Origin: Polyangiaceae bacterium
Lineage (GTDB): Bacteria; Myxococcota_A; Polyangia; Polyangiales; Polyangiaceae
DNA length: 64,000 nt
Reading direction: 5' to 3'
Assembly (NCBI GenBank): GCA_044376115.1
Contig: JBILLK010000004.1
Location: forward strand, 406,285-470,284
Shown here: in pieces, positions 9,281 to 19,258 of the stretch
Position numbering within the stretch: the first letter of the stretch is position 1
Layout of the letters: each line of letters opens with the position of its first letter
The notes under the pieces: model-generated
What the model was told of the DNA's origin: nothing
Databases searched by the model: none
The model's input: only the letters and a program-made list of their open reading frames with translations
Made by a program: the position numbers and the translations under genes

Positions 9281-10561
9281 TCATTCGCTCCAGCCGCACT
9301 GCACCCGACGAAAGTTGGAGCCCGAGAGCACCGTCATGGGTTCTTTGGCACGGCTCGCGAGCAGCACCAGCGTGCTCCAAGCCAAGGCCGTCAGGTCCTC
9401 CGACTCAACCAGCTCGGTAGCATCGGCGACAGCCCGTTCACGCTCCCCGAGCTCCCACAAACAAGCGGCCGACAGCGCTCGCAGCGCCTCCGAGCTGGAG
9501 ACCCGCGAGGCCTCGATCGCTTCGGCTGCGTAGCTTGGGCGACCGTAGCGCCGCACCAGCTCGGTCGCCGCACGGACGGCGATCTCATCGCCGAGCGGCC
9601 GAGCGCGCACCAACGCCTCGAGCATCGGCTTGGCCTCTGGCACAGCGTGCTCGGCCATGCGGAAGAGGAAGGAAGCATCACGGTCTGCGCTCGGCCGATG
9701 CGAGAGACGCGCAACCAGCTCGGTGGTCGGACGCACGCCCTTATGACCGTTCGCAGGCGAAAGAGCCCACGCGCACAGCGACCAACCCGCCCGCGCGCTG
9801 TCCGGGCCGGTGGTGGTGCGCAGCGTTGCCTCTTTCATCGGCCTTGGGTCTCCACCGCGATGAGCGATCTCCGCCATCACCAACCAGCGCCCCAAATGAC
9901 GTTCGGAACCGCAAAGCACGTTGAGTGCGTCGGCGAGCCCCGCGCAGATTTTTGCATCCACCCCGCGAGAGGCCACCGGCAACAGCAGATCGCTCACCAG
10001 GCTGATGCGGTTCGACTCTTTGATCCGCGGCGCCAAACCGAACAGCCGCGGGCCCGTGTGTTCGCCGTGACAAATCCGGGCGACCTCGGCGGCGAAGGCG
10101 GTGAGCGTGCGCGACGAGGTCGCCGCCCGCGCGAGCGCCGGCATGAGCGAAGCATCCTTCGCGAAGCACGCCACCGAGAGCGCCGTTACACCGCCAAACT
10201 CTTCGGTCTTCAGCGCAGCGGAGAGCAAGCCGGCGCCACGTTTGTCTTCACACTCGACCAGGCTTCGAAGCCCAGCCGCGTAGAGTTCGCGCGTCCAATC
10301 CTCGAGCCGCACGAGCTCTTTGACCCAACCGGCCAAGTGGTTGCGCAAGGCGACGGAGAAGGGCGCCATCACGCGCACGATCGCAGCCAGTCGGCCTTCA
10401 TCGGGAGAACGCGTGGCGATGGCTGCATCCACCTCGGCTGCGATACGACGCTCCAACTGCGCCAACACCGCGTTGTCCCCCCCCTTCGCCATTCGATGCC
10501 AGGCTAACAGATCGTCGGCAACCGGTTCACCGGTCATTTCCAGCGACACCGTCGATCCCAA
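9281..10561 (-). CDS. Hypothetical helical (HEAT-like) protein
   Basis: Long Ala/Leu-rich ORF with a stop 3 nt from the next gene. Start uncertain (TTG 10561 or ATG 10537). Confidence 0.65.
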   Translation of the reverse strand: MGSTVSLEMTGEPVADDLLAWHRMAKGGDNAVLAQLERRIAAEVDAAIATRSPDEGRLAAIVRVMAPFSVALRNHLAGWVKELVRLEDWTRELYAAGLRSLVECEDKRGAGLLSAALKTEEFGGVTALSVACFAKDASLMPALARAATSSRTLTAFAAEVARICHGEHTGPRLFGLAPRIKESNRISLVSDLLLPVASRGVDAKICAGLADALNVLCGSERHLGRWLVMAEIAHRGGDPRPMKEATLRTTTGPDSARAGWSLCAWALSPANGHKGVRPTTELVARLSHRPSADRDASFLFRMAEHAVPEAKPMLEALVRARPLGDEIAVRAATELVRRYGRPSYAAEAIEASRVSSSEALRALSAACLWELGERERAVADATELVESEDLTALAWSTLVLLASRAKEPMTVLSGSNFRRVQCGWSE

Positions 10562-10691
10562 GACAACGCTGCGTCACGCAGCTTCGCCCGCAATTCCGGG
10601 CCTTTTCGCAGCCGAGCAGACCGTATTCGCATCGACCTCGGCCCCATTTCTTGGGCTGCCCCGGCGGCCGTTCGTGTGCTAATCGGCGGGC

Positions 10692-11012
10692 GTGGCCGAC
10701 AACCCCATGACCCTTGCGCAAGGCATTGAGCGGCGTTTGAGCGAGACCCGCGGTCCGGTTTTTTACGCCGACATCGCCGAACACCTGCTGCGAGATGCGC
10801 TGTTCATCGTCTCGCCGGAGCTCGACCTCTTGCGCTGCGGGGTGGCGGTGGCGATGGATGACGCGGATAGCGTTGGGGATTGGATCAAGCGCGGTACACT
10901 GCGCAAGCCGACCGAGGCCGAACGAGGCGCCTGGAAGGAAGAAAAGCTCGCACGCTGGGATGCGATCGTGGTGCAGCCCTTCGTGCTCGTGCGCCTGATC
11001 CCCGACGCCTGA
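10692..11012 (+). CDS. DUF2288-like protein
   Basis: RDALFIVSPELDL...A.DD...V..WI..G.L.KP...IVVQPFVL pattern. Confidence 0.75.
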   Translation: MADNPMTLAQGIERRLSETRGPVFYADIAEHLLRDALFIVSPELDLLRCGVAVAMDDADSVGDWIKRGTLRKPTEAERGAWKEEKLARWDAIVVQPFVLVRLIPDA

Positions 11013-11038
11013 GCGGACTCAGGCTTCGTTCAACCGAG

Positions 11039-11524
11039 TCACTCGAAGGCGACCTCGAGTTCGTCTTCGGTGCTGGCCTCGAGCCGCACTGGGATCGCGT
11101 TGAACAAGGCGACCAGCTCGTCCGCCCAAGCGTCTTTCTTCGGCTTCGACAGCTCGCTCGCGAGGCTTCGTAGCTCTTTGGCGCGGTCGTCGTCCAGCTC
11201 GAGCGCCTGTTGCAGCTCAGCGAGCTTGTCTTGCTCCTTCGCGTCGACGTCGTCATCCACGCCGGAAAGCCACGCGGCTGCGACATAGGCAAAGGACCGA
11301 TCTTTGCCGCCGAGGTTGCTGAGCAGCAACTCTGAAAGCGGAACCGGGCTGCCGAGCAGCGTCTCCAAACGCTCGCGCAGTTCCTTGGTTAGGTTGAGCA
11401 CCTTCGCCGCGCTGCGAATGCTCTCCTTCTCGGGTTCCTGCAGCTTGCCGTCGGCCCACGCCATCAGAATCAAGACGGCAAGAATTTCGGTACAGGCCTC
11501 TACTCGAATCGTCAGTCGCGCCAT
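11039..11524 (-). CDS. TerB-like domain protein
   Basis: MAWADGKLQEPE and VDDDVDAKEQDKL are TerB-type acidic motifs. Confidence 0.7.
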   Translation of the reverse strand: MARLTIRVEACTEILAVLILMAWADGKLQEPEKESIRSAAKVLNLTKELRERLETLLGSPVPLSELLLSNLGGKDRSFAYVAAAWLSGVDDDVDAKEQDKLAELQQALELDDDRAKELRSLASELSKPKKDAWADELVALFNAIPVRLEASTEDELEVAFE

Positions 11525-11553
11525 GCCCGCAGGCTAGCCGAACTTCTCCAGCC

Positions 11554-12774
11554 TCAGCTCGAGATTGCGTCGTACGCGGTCTTCGCTCGGCGCATCGAGC
11601 TCTTACCGGTCATGATGTCGACGAGCTTGCTCACACGCCCGCGGAGCCCCTCACGCACATAGGGCAGGCCGTATTTCTTGCACAGAGCCTCCACCTTCGG
11701 TTGGGCCTGGCGCAGCTTCAGCGGGGGCAGCTCCGGGAAGAGGTGGTGCTCGATCTGGTAGTTCAAGAACCCTTGCAAGAAGTCCGCGACGTCGTTCCCA
11801 CCATGAAAGTTCACCGAGCCGAGCACCTGCCGCGCGTACAGGTCGGCTCGGTTCACCGGCTTCTCATCGAAGCGAACCACGTCATCCCCGGCGTGGTTGG
11901 GCGCGATCAGGCAGAAGGTGTGGACGTTGGTGAGCGCCTCCGCCATGGCCGTATTGAGCAAGACGTTGATCGACGCGAGCGGCCCCAACGGCAGGAAAGC
12001 TAGCGGCGCCACGACGAAACGACCCACGGCGTACGGCGCGATCGCGCGCAGAAACGCGCGGCCTTCAGCGGTCTTTGGGTTGAAGGCGGAGAGCAGGCGG
12101 TCCTCCGTCGGGGTGACCTCGTCACGGGCCTCGTGAGAGCGCCGCTCAGCGCGGTCTTTGCGCGCCTTTTGCAGAACTTGGAAGGTGTTCGGCGCGTAGT
12201 AGGTGAGCCGCCACGTGAGCGCCCAAAATCCGACCACCGCCAACTTGGCCGGCAGCGGCAGCTTGGCGTCTCGCACCGGTTGCATGTGGTGCTCGACCAA
12301 GTCGGGGTCCACGACCTCGCCCGTTCGGTAGTGGTGCAGCACGTTGTGTTCGTAGGCCCACGCTTCGGGGTGCACCCAGTCCAGCCAATCGATCAGGCGC
12401 CTCTTTCCCTGCGCGAAGATCTTGCTGTTCATGTGCGGCTTGGCGTCGGGTACCGCGTCCATCCCTTTGTGCGAGATGTGGTGCATTACGATCGTCCAGC
12501 GGGCGCTCGAACCGAGCGCCAAGAGGCCAGCCGAGATCGGGTTGGGGGCCAACCAAGCCGAGGCGTAGCCCAGCCCGGAGGCAAGCCGCCCCCATCGAGC
12601 CATCTTCTCGAGGTGCCGTGCGTCCTCTGCGCTCAAGGCCGCGCTCAGCTCGTCACGCAGCGCCTCGACCTCCTTGGCGAAGGCCTCCAGATCCGGCGCC
12701 GCTCGCGGCGACTCGGCTGCGGGACGCGGGCTATTCGTGGCATCGTTCGCTTGGTGACTTTCGGTACGAAACAC
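11554..12774 (-). CDS. Membrane fatty acid desaturase (front-end/DesA3-like)
   Basis: His boxes HHISH, HNVLHH and QIEHHLFP. Probable GTG start at 12774; the upstream extension of the track ORF overlaps the opposite-strand gene. Confidence 0.88.
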   Translation of the reverse strand: MFRTESHQANDATNSPRPAAESPRAAPDLEAFAKEVEALRDELSAALSAEDARHLEKMARWGRLASGLGYASAWLAPNPISAGLLALGSSARWTIVMHHISHKGMDAVPDAKPHMNSKIFAQGKRRLIDWLDWVHPEAWAYEHNVLHHYRTGEVVDPDLVEHHMQPVRDAKLPLPAKLAVVGFWALTWRLTYYAPNTFQVLQKARKDRAERRSHEARDEVTPTEDRLLSAFNPKTAEGRAFLRAIAPYAVGRFVVAPLAFLPLGPLASINVLLNTAMAEALTNVHTFCLIAPNHAGDDVVRFDEKPVNRADLYARQVLGSVNFHGGNDVADFLQGFLNYQIEHHLFPELPPLKLRQAQPKVEALCKKYGLPYVREGLRGRVSKLVDIMTGKSSMRRAKTAYDAISS

Positions 12775-13605
12775 AGCGGCGGCGTCGTAGCACTGAATGT
12801 CTCGGCGGGCAGCCGTTCTTGCGCTTGCAAACGCGCGGGCGCGCTGGTCCTGCTGTTCGCGGCTTGCTCCCAGCGCGCGCCGGGCTCGGAAAGCTCGGCA
12901 AGCGCACGAGCGCCGAACCCGGAGGATCTCAGGACCGCCAGCGTTCACCGGATCAGCAGCGAGCCATTGATCGACGGCGACCTCAGCGAGCCTGCGTGGC
13001 GCTCGGCGACGGTGCTCGGTCCGTTCGTCGCGGCTCGCAGCGGCCTGTTCGAGCCGAAGCAGCCTTTGGCGGGCTCGGCTCGGCTCTTGTGGAGCGATCA
13101 CTTCCTTTACGTGGCCTTCGAGGTGCGCGACCCCGATCTCCGCGGGGGCTTTCCGGCGAACGCTGTCGACCCGCACCTGTGGGAGCGAGACACCGTCGAG
13201 CTGATGATCGATCCGCTGGGAGACGGCGATAACCGCGACTACTTCGAGCTGCAGATCAACCCGCAGAACCTCGCCTTCGACTCGCGCTTCGACGACTACA
13301 ATCGGCCGCGCGGCGGGCCCGATGGACCGTTCGGTCACCAGGATTGGTCGAGTCAGCGTCAAAGCGCGGTCGTTCTCGACGGTACGCTCGACGATCCGAG
13401 CGACGTCGACCGCGGCTACACCGTCGAGTTACGCGTGCCGTGGGCCGCCTTCGCGCCGCAGGCCGCGCGTCCGCAGAGCGGTGAAAGTTGGCGCATGAAC
13501 TTCTACGCGATGGAGAACAACGGCGGCGTTGCGTGGTCGCCGATCTTGGGCCAAGGCAACTTTCACAAGGCCGCGCGCTTTGGCCGCGTCACCTTCGTGG
13601 ACTAG
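12754..13605 (+). CDS. Carbohydrate-binding family 9-like (DOMON) lipoprotein
   Basis: IDGDLSEPAW, LLWSDHFLYVAFEVRD, DTVELMIDP, YFELQINP and YTVELRVPW motifs, plus lipobox FAAC. Start codon uncertain. Confidence 0.8.
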   Translation: MTFGTKHSGGVVALNVSAGSRSCACKRAGALVLLFAACSQRAPGSESSASARAPNPEDLRTASVHRISSEPLIDGDLSEPAWRSATVLGPFVAARSGLFEPKQPLAGSARLLWSDHFLYVAFEVRDPDLRGGFPANAVDPHLWERDTVELMIDPLGDGDNRDYFELQINPQNLAFDSRFDDYNRPRGGPDGPFGHQDWSSQRQSAVVLDGTLDDPSDVDRGYTVELRVPWAAFAPQAARPQSGESWRMNFYAMENNGGVAWSPILGQGNFHKAARFGRVTFVD

Positions 13606-13609
13606 CCGC

Positions 13610-14968
13610 TCACTGCACAAGGCCTGCGCTGAGCAGCGGCTGGTCCACAGGGACGCGAACCGGGAGCGGCTCGAGTTTGCCTTGATTCACCGTGCAGCTA
13701 AGCACCTCGGCCGAGGGCTGGCTGGGTGCGCCAAGGGAAGCGGCCTCGAGCGGATCGAAACGACTGGTGGCAATATCGCGAGCGGGCCCCGCGCGATCGA
13801 CGTCGCGGTAGACCAGCGTGAAGGCCGGCGGAAGCTTGCTGAAGTCGATCGCGATCCGCCTCGGATGCGCGGGATCTTTCGACCAGCGCAACGCCGGCGT
13901 AGCTCCACCCGAAACCTTGCCGAGCCGACGCAATGGCGCCTGCGTAAGCTGAATCTCGAAGCCTTCCGGCTCGCTCGCCGACGGCAAACATTGGTCGAAG
14001 TAGCTTTGCGCCTTGGGGGCGGTCCACAGCTCGAGCCGGTCGTGCGGGCCGCTGCCCAGCGCCCACTCGTCATCCTCGATCTCGACGAACAACGAGTCAC
14101 CACCGCCAACCACCAACAGCGCAGCGCTCGGAGTCAGCGCCGATCCACCGAGTGCGAAGCCGTTTTGCAGTCCATCGATGCGAGTGGCGCAACCGTTGAG
14201 TTCAGCCGAGTACCACGCAGTCTTGTGGAAGGCGGGTGGCAACTCCACCACCGGGATCACCGCGGAGTCGAAACTCGCCAGCTCTTCCGAGCTGCCGCCA
14301 CAGCGAGGGGCCGCCCACGAGGTTAAACCTACGCGGGTTTGGAAGTTCCACAGCCGTTGCTCGGAGTTCTCGCCAAACACCCAATGCGCGTCGCTCGATA
14401 CGACGCTCAAGGTGTCGGGCAATAGCGCGGTAACGCTGTTGGACCAGCGCCAATTGGAGCCCCCGTGCTCGCTGAGAGTAACCTCACGGCCACGCACGGT
14501 GAGGGTTGATTCGCCGATGCCAGCAGCGCCGTGACCATCGTTGCACACCGACGCGATCAACCGCTCTCGCTTGGCCTCGCTCGAACCGAGCGCGAGCAAC
14601 CAAGCTTCGAACCGGGCGCAGCCCGAGAAGTTCCTATCAAAAACGTCGCTGCCGTCCACATAGCTATGGGCAGGCTCGATCGGGTGGACGGGGGCCCCCG
14701 AAAAGTTCTCGGTACCTCGGGCTAAGAGAACGACCACGTGCTCCTGGCCTGCGTCTGTGTAGCCGCCTCGCTCCCCCACCAGGCTGCACGGCGAAAGCTC
14801 AGTACACGCCGCTTCCGCGATGATCTGTGCGCGCGACTTGGGCGCTGGCGCAGCCGACCGGCTGGTGGGCAAAACCACGTCCAGAACCCCGCTGGAAACG
14901 GTTGAACCTCTGGGCGCGCCGCAGCCAGCAGCGAACAACGCCAACCACCAAACCCACGACGCATTCAT
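13610..14968 (-). CDS. Hypothetical lipoprotein
   Basis: MNASWVWWLALFAAGC lipoprotein signal. Confidence 0.65.
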   Translation of the reverse strand: MNASWVWWLALFAAGCGAPRGSTVSSGVLDVVLPTSRSAAPAPKSRAQIIAEAACTELSPCSLVGERGGYTDAGQEHVVVLLARGTENFSGAPVHPIEPAHSYVDGSDVFDRNFSGCARFEAWLLALGSSEAKRERLIASVCNDGHGAAGIGESTLTVRGREVTLSEHGGSNWRWSNSVTALLPDTLSVVSSDAHWVFGENSEQRLWNFQTRVGLTSWAAPRCGGSSEELASFDSAVIPVVELPPAFHKTAWYSAELNGCATRIDGLQNGFALGGSALTPSAALLVVGGGDSLFVEIEDDEWALGSGPHDRLELWTAPKAQSYFDQCLPSASEPEGFEIQLTQAPLRRLGKVSGGATPALRWSKDPAHPRRIAIDFSKLPPAFTLVYRDVDRAGPARDIATSRFDPLEAASLGAPSQPSAEVLSCTVNQGKLEPLPVRVPVDQPLLSAGLVQ

Positions 14969-15024
14969 TTCGCTGCCGAATCCCCTTCGGTTAGGCTCTG
15001 ACAAAGGACATTAGGAGAACACGA

Positions 15025-15423
15025 ATGAGCCAGCTTGCATGCCATCGAATCGTAGCTCTTGGATTGCTGATCACAGTTGCTTGCGGAGATAGCGGAAGCT
15101 CTGGCGGCGGCGGTTCAACGACGGACGGCGGCGGCGGTTCAACGACGGACGGCGGCGGCGGTTCAACGACGGACGGCGGCGGCGGCGCGGCCGGTGGAAC
15201 CACGGCAGACGGCGGCGGCGGCGCAGCGGCCTGCCTCGACTTCGCTGCGACCTGCGATGAAGCGACCGATACTTGTTGCGACGTCGCCGGGACGCCGGGC
15301 GAGTGCGTGGCCTTCGGAATGGGGCCCAAGTGCTCGATCCCCTGCCCCGCCGACCCAGCCGACTGCCCGAACAACGGCGCCGGCTGCAACAACATGAGCC
15401 CCTCCTACTGCAAGGTGAACTGA
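15025..15423 (+). CDS. Small Gly-rich/Cys-rich lipoprotein
   Basis: AGGAG SD, lipobox TVAC, GGGGSTTD repeats and a Cys-rich C-terminal domain. Confidence 0.8.
   Translation: MSQLACHRIVALGLLITVACGDSGSSGGGGSTTDGGGGSTTDGGGGSTTDGGGGAAGGTTADGGGGAAACLDFAATCDEATDTCCDVAGTPGECVAFGMGPKCSIPCPADPADCPNNGAGCNNMSPSYCKVN
15103..15174 (+). repeat. Perfect 24-bp coding tandem repeat x3 (GGCGGCGGCGGTTCAACGACGGAC)
   Basis: Seen directly; encodes GGGGSTTD. Confidence 0.95.
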
Positions 15424-15492
15424 GCCCAGCGTCTGGCTCGGTTGCAGGTGGACCCGATCAGCGTTTGTTGCCGCTGATCGGGCCTTACGAAG

Positions 15493-18400
15493 TCAGGCCT
15501 TCTCAGCCTCTAGCCAAACACGAAGCACCGCGCCGTCGATGGCGTACTCCTTGGCCTGAGCGCCCTCGGGCGCTCCGCCGATGGTCAGCTTTGCGACCAT
15601 CGCTTCACGGCACAGGAGCTCCTGCTGCTTCTCTGCGACGCTGATTACCGCAGCGTCGCCATCGAGCCGCACGATCGCTTTGTCGGTGAAGGAGAGGCCA
15701 ACGTCTTTGCGGGTCTGTTGCAAGCGCGCGACGATCTCGCGGGCCAGACCTTCCTCGCGCAGCGCGTCGGTCAGCTCGAGCGCCAGCACCAAGACGCCAA
15801 CCTTGTTCCCGGCTGCGGCGTAGCCCTCGGCTGCATCCACCGCCACTTCGATCTCCTCGGGGCCGAGCGCGAGCGGCTCGCCCTCCACCTCGAGCGAAAC
15901 GCTGCCGTTCTTCGACAGCTCGGTTCGAAGCGCGCCGGCGTCGGCTTTGGCCAGCGCGGCTTTGCAGGCCTGGACCTTCTTACCGAGCCGCGGCCCCAGC
16001 GTCTTGAAGTTGGGCTTCAGTGTGTACTTCACGAAGCCTGCCTCCTCACCGGGAGCGAGCACGCGCACCTCATGCACGTTCAGCTCCTCGGCGATCAGAC
16101 CGGTGAAGTGACGAAGCCGCTGCGACAGCTGCGGATCACCCACCACCACGTCGGCTCGCGACAGCGGTTGTCGTACTCGCATCTTGACTGTCGTGCGCAC
16201 TTCGCGACCGAGGCTTACGAGTTCGCGCACGGCGAACATGTCGCGCGACAGTTCAGGGAGCGCCCATTCAGTTACAGCCTTGGGGAAGCTCGCCAGGTGC
16301 ACGCTCTCCGGCATGCGCGCGCCGAAGGGACCACGCACCAAGTTCTGCCAAAGCTCCTCGGCGAAGAACGGGGTGAAGGGCGCCATCAAGCCGCTGAGCG
16401 TGACCAGCACTTCGTAAAGCGTGAAGTAGGCGTCGGCCTTGTCCTGCGAAGCAGGCTCGGTTACGTCGAAGAAGCGGCCCTTGGACCAGAAGCGCGCCCG
16501 ACTGCGACGGACGAACCAGTTGGACACGCCTTCAGCCAGGTCCACGAGCGCCCGCGCCGCGTCGTAGAGCAAGTACCCCTCGAGTGCGGCCGTCACCTTC
16601 TCCACGGTCGCGCACAGCTCGCTCATCATCCAGCGGTCGAGTTCGCTGCGCTCTGCAACGGCTCGGTATTGCGGCGCCCCGGAGACGAGGCTCGCCACCG
16701 TCGCGTTCGGGTTCTCGCGCGCCGGATCGAAGCCGTCGATGTTCGCGTAGATGGTGAAGAACGAGTAGACGTTGCGCAGCTTGACCAGAAATTCCTTCTG
16801 CTCGAGCCGCACGTTGGTGAGCGAATGACGGGTGTTGGTCCATGACGGGCTGGCCGCGTAGAAGAACCAACGGAAGGCGTCGGCACCGGGCGCGCTGGCC
16901 GAAGGATCCTCAACCAGCACGCGTTGGCCGAGCGGCAGGAACGGCACGTCGCTCGGCTTGGTCTCGAGCGCGGTCGGCGAAGGCGTGACTCCGAGCGAGG
17001 CGATGTCCTCGGCGTGAAGACCGACCACGCGCCGTGGCAGCTTCTCTTTGTTCGTCGCGGGGCGCAGCTTGAGTTTGAGCGCCTCTCCCTCCTTCAGGTA
17101 CACGAGCACGCTGGCCGACTCGCCGGTCAGATCGAGACCCTCGTAGTCTTCACGGGCGATCACAGCCTCGCCTTTGCCCAGCGTGAGCCCCTTGCCGGCC
17201 GCGTCGAAGGCCGCGAAGTCCATGCGCACGCGCTCGAGGATGATGTCGGGCGGCGTGTAGTTGCCCTTCGACTTGGACTCCTTCTTCCCCTCCTTGTCGC
17301 AGACGTGCCCGAGCACCACGCAGGTTTGGTAGGGGTGCGGCAGCGGCGCTTTGTCGAACACCAGCGTGGAGATCATCAGCAGCGAGTAGAACCAGCCGCG
17401 CGTCTGATCGATCGCTTCACTGATGAAGTTGGCTGGGAACGCGCGTTCGAACTGAGCCTTGGAGCCCTCCTTGTGCGGGTAGCCCCATTGAGCGAAGGGC
17501 ATGCAGCCCGAATCGAACCAGCAGTCGATCACGTCGGGCACGCGGCGGTAGACGCCCTCTTCCCCAGGCTCGGTGAAGGTAACGTTGTCGACCCAGGGCT
17601 TGTGCACCATCAGGTGAGGCGAAAGCGACGGGTCTTTGGCGCGCGCCTGCTCGAAGGCCGCGAAGGCCTCGGGGTTCTTGGCCAGGATCTCCTCGACGCT
17701 GGCCGGCGCCGCGAGCTTGCCGGTCACGTCGTTCACCCAGATGTTGAGCGGCGTACCCCAGAAGCGCTCGCGCGATAGCGCCCAATCCACGTTGTTGCGC
17801 AAGAAGTCGCCGAAGCGACCGCCCTTGATGTGATCGGGCAGCCACTGGATCTGCTGGTTGTTGTCGATGGCGCGGCTGATCTCCTGCGTGGTGCGGATGT
17901 ACCAAGCCGGGCGCGCGAACTGGATCAACGGATCGGCGTCGCTGCGCCAACAGAAGGGGTATTCGTGCCTGTAGGTTTCGTTGAAGACCATGAGACCGCG
18001 CTCCTTGAGCTCGGCGATCAGCTCCTTGTCGCAGTCTTTGACCCAGCGGCCCTGATAGCGCGGCAGCACCTCGGTGAACTTGCCGTCCGGCCCGATCGCG
18101 CAAAAGAGCGGCAATTCGCGATTCTTCTCGAGCAGCTTGCGATGAGCCGCGTTGTCGTCTTCGCCGAACGCCGGCGCGATGTGCACGATGCCGGAGGCGT
18201 CCATCACCACGAAGTTGGCGTTGATCACCGAGAAGGGCTCGGCGTGCGCTGCACCGTCCGCGGCGTAGATATCGAACGGCGGCTGGTACTTCTTGCCCGC
18301 GAGCTCGCTGCCTTTCACCTCGCGCTCGATCACGAGCTCGACGCCGAGCTTCTTGGCGATCGCCGGCACGAGGTCCTTGGCGAGCACGAGCAGCTTCTCG

Positions 18401-19188
18401 CCGAAGCCGCTCACGTAGGCGTACGTGAAGTCCGGGTGCACCGCCGCGTACATGTTGGAAGGCAGCGTCCAAGGCGTCGTCGTCCACACCAGGAGCGCCG
18501 CGTTCGGCTCATCCACAAGCGGGAAGCTGACGTACACCGAAGGGTCGTCCACCGTCTTGTAGCCAAGACCGACCTCAGCCGAAGAGAGCGCGGTTCCACC
18601 TTGGGCCCACCACCAAACGACTTTGTGGCCTTGATACAAAAGGCCCTTCTTGAACAGCTCCGACAGGGCCCACCACACGCTCTCGACGTAGCTCTTGTGG
18701 AAGGTGACGTAGGCATCCTCGAGATCGACCCAGAAGCCGATCTTGTCGGTCAGCTTCTCCCAGGCTTCGGTGTAGCGAAAGACGCTCTCGATGCAGCGGT
18801 GCGTGAACGGCTCGACACCGTACTTCTGGATGTCGGCTTTGCCGTGGATCTTCAGCTCCTTCTCGACCTCCACCTCGACCGGAAGGCCGTGCGTGTCCCA
18901 GCCGGCTTTGCGCGGGACGTCGTAGCCCTGCATCGTCTTGAAGCGCGGAAAGACGTCCTTCACCGCGCGGGTGAGCACGTGCCCATTGTGCGGCATGCCG
19001 TTGGCCGTAGGCGGCCCTTCGTAGAAGACGAACGTGCCTTTGCTCGGGCCGGTGGAGCGGGTCTCGCTGCTGAGGCTCTTCTCGAAAATCCGGTTCTGCT
19101 TCCAGAAGGCGAGAATCGCCGCCTCATCTCGCGGAAAGTCGAGATCAGGCCGAACAGTCGAAAAAGGTCCCTTGGGGTCGGATGCCAT
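15493..19188 (-). CDS. ileS: Isoleucyl-tRNA synthetase, type 2 (IleRS2), with variant motifs and an insertion
   Basis: FYEGPPTANGMPHNGH, GWDTHGLPVE, WTTTPWTLPSN, DWALSRERFWGTP, DCWFDSG and EAIDQTRGWF motifs. IleRS2-type C-terminus without a Zn finger (EGLAREIV). ATG at 19188. Confidence 0.97.
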   Translation of the reverse strand: MASDPKGPFSTVRPDLDFPRDEAAILAFWKQNRIFEKSLSSETRSTGPSKGTFVFYEGPPTANGMPHNGHVLTRAVKDVFPRFKTMQGYDVPRKAGWDTHGLPVEVEVEKELKIHGKADIQKYGVEPFTHRCIESVFRYTEAWEKLTDKIGFWVDLEDAYVTFHKSYVESVWWALSELFKKGLLYQGHKVVWWWAQGGTALSSAEVGLGYKTVDDPSVYVSFPLVDEPNAALLVWTTTPWTLPSNMYAAVHPDFTYAYVSGFGEKLLVLAKDLVPAIAKKLGVELVIEREVKGSELAGKKYQPPFDIYAADGAAHAEPFSVINANFVVMDASGIVHIAPAFGEDDNAAHRKLLEKNRELPLFCAIGPDGKFTEVLPRYQGRWVKDCDKELIAELKERGLMVFNETYRHEYPFCWRSDADPLIQFARPAWYIRTTQEISRAIDNNQQIQWLPDHIKGGRFGDFLRNNVDWALSRERFWGTPLNIWVNDVTGKLAAPASVEEILAKNPEAFAAFEQARAKDPSLSPHLMVHKPWVDNVTFTEPGEEGVYRRVPDVIDCWFDSGCMPFAQWGYPHKEGSKAQFERAFPANFISEAIDQTRGWFYSLLMISTLVFDKAPLPHPYQTCVVLGHVCDKEGKKESKSKGNYTPPDIILERVRMDFAAFDAAGKGLTLGKGEAVIAREDYEGLDLTGESASVLVYLKEGEALKLKLRPATNKEKLPRRVVGLHAEDIASLGVTPSPTALETKPSDVPFLPLGQRVLVEDPSASAPGADAFRWFFYAASPSWTNTRHSLTNVRLEQKEFLVKLRNVYSFFTIYANIDGFDPARENPNATVASLVSGAPQYRAVAERSELDRWMMSELCATVEKVTAALEGYLLYDAARALVDLAEGVSNWFVRRSRARFWSKGRFFDVTEPASQDKADAYFTLYEVLVTLSGLMAPFTPFFAEELWQNLVRGPFGARMPESVHLASFPKAVTEWALPELSRDMFAVRELVSLGREVRTTVKMRVRQPLSRADVVVGDPQLSQRLRHFTGLIAEELNVHEVRVLAPGEEAGFVKYTLKPNFKTLGPRLGKKVQACKAALAKADAGALRTELSKNGSVSLEVEGEPLALGPEEIEVAVDAAEGYAAAGNKVGVLVLALELTDALREEGLAREIVARLQQTRKDVGLSFTDKAIVRLDGDAAVISVAEKQQELLCREAMVAKLTIGGAPEGAQAKEYAIDGAVLRVWLEAEKA

Positions 19189-19258
19189 GCACGCCTCGTA
19201 GCAAGGTGGTTTCCCAGCGTCGAGCAAAGGACGCCTCGGAAGCGTGCTGGCTGACCGA

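Noticed and set aside
8867..10507. Long antisense ORFs (also 17830-19254, 43356-44606, 44858-46225, 59857-61086)
   Set aside because: Shadow ORFs typical of high-GC DNA, lying opposite better-supported genes.
16888..17232. IleRS insertion as an intein
   Set aside because: No N-terminal Cys/Ser, no C-terminal His-Asn and no following nucleophile.
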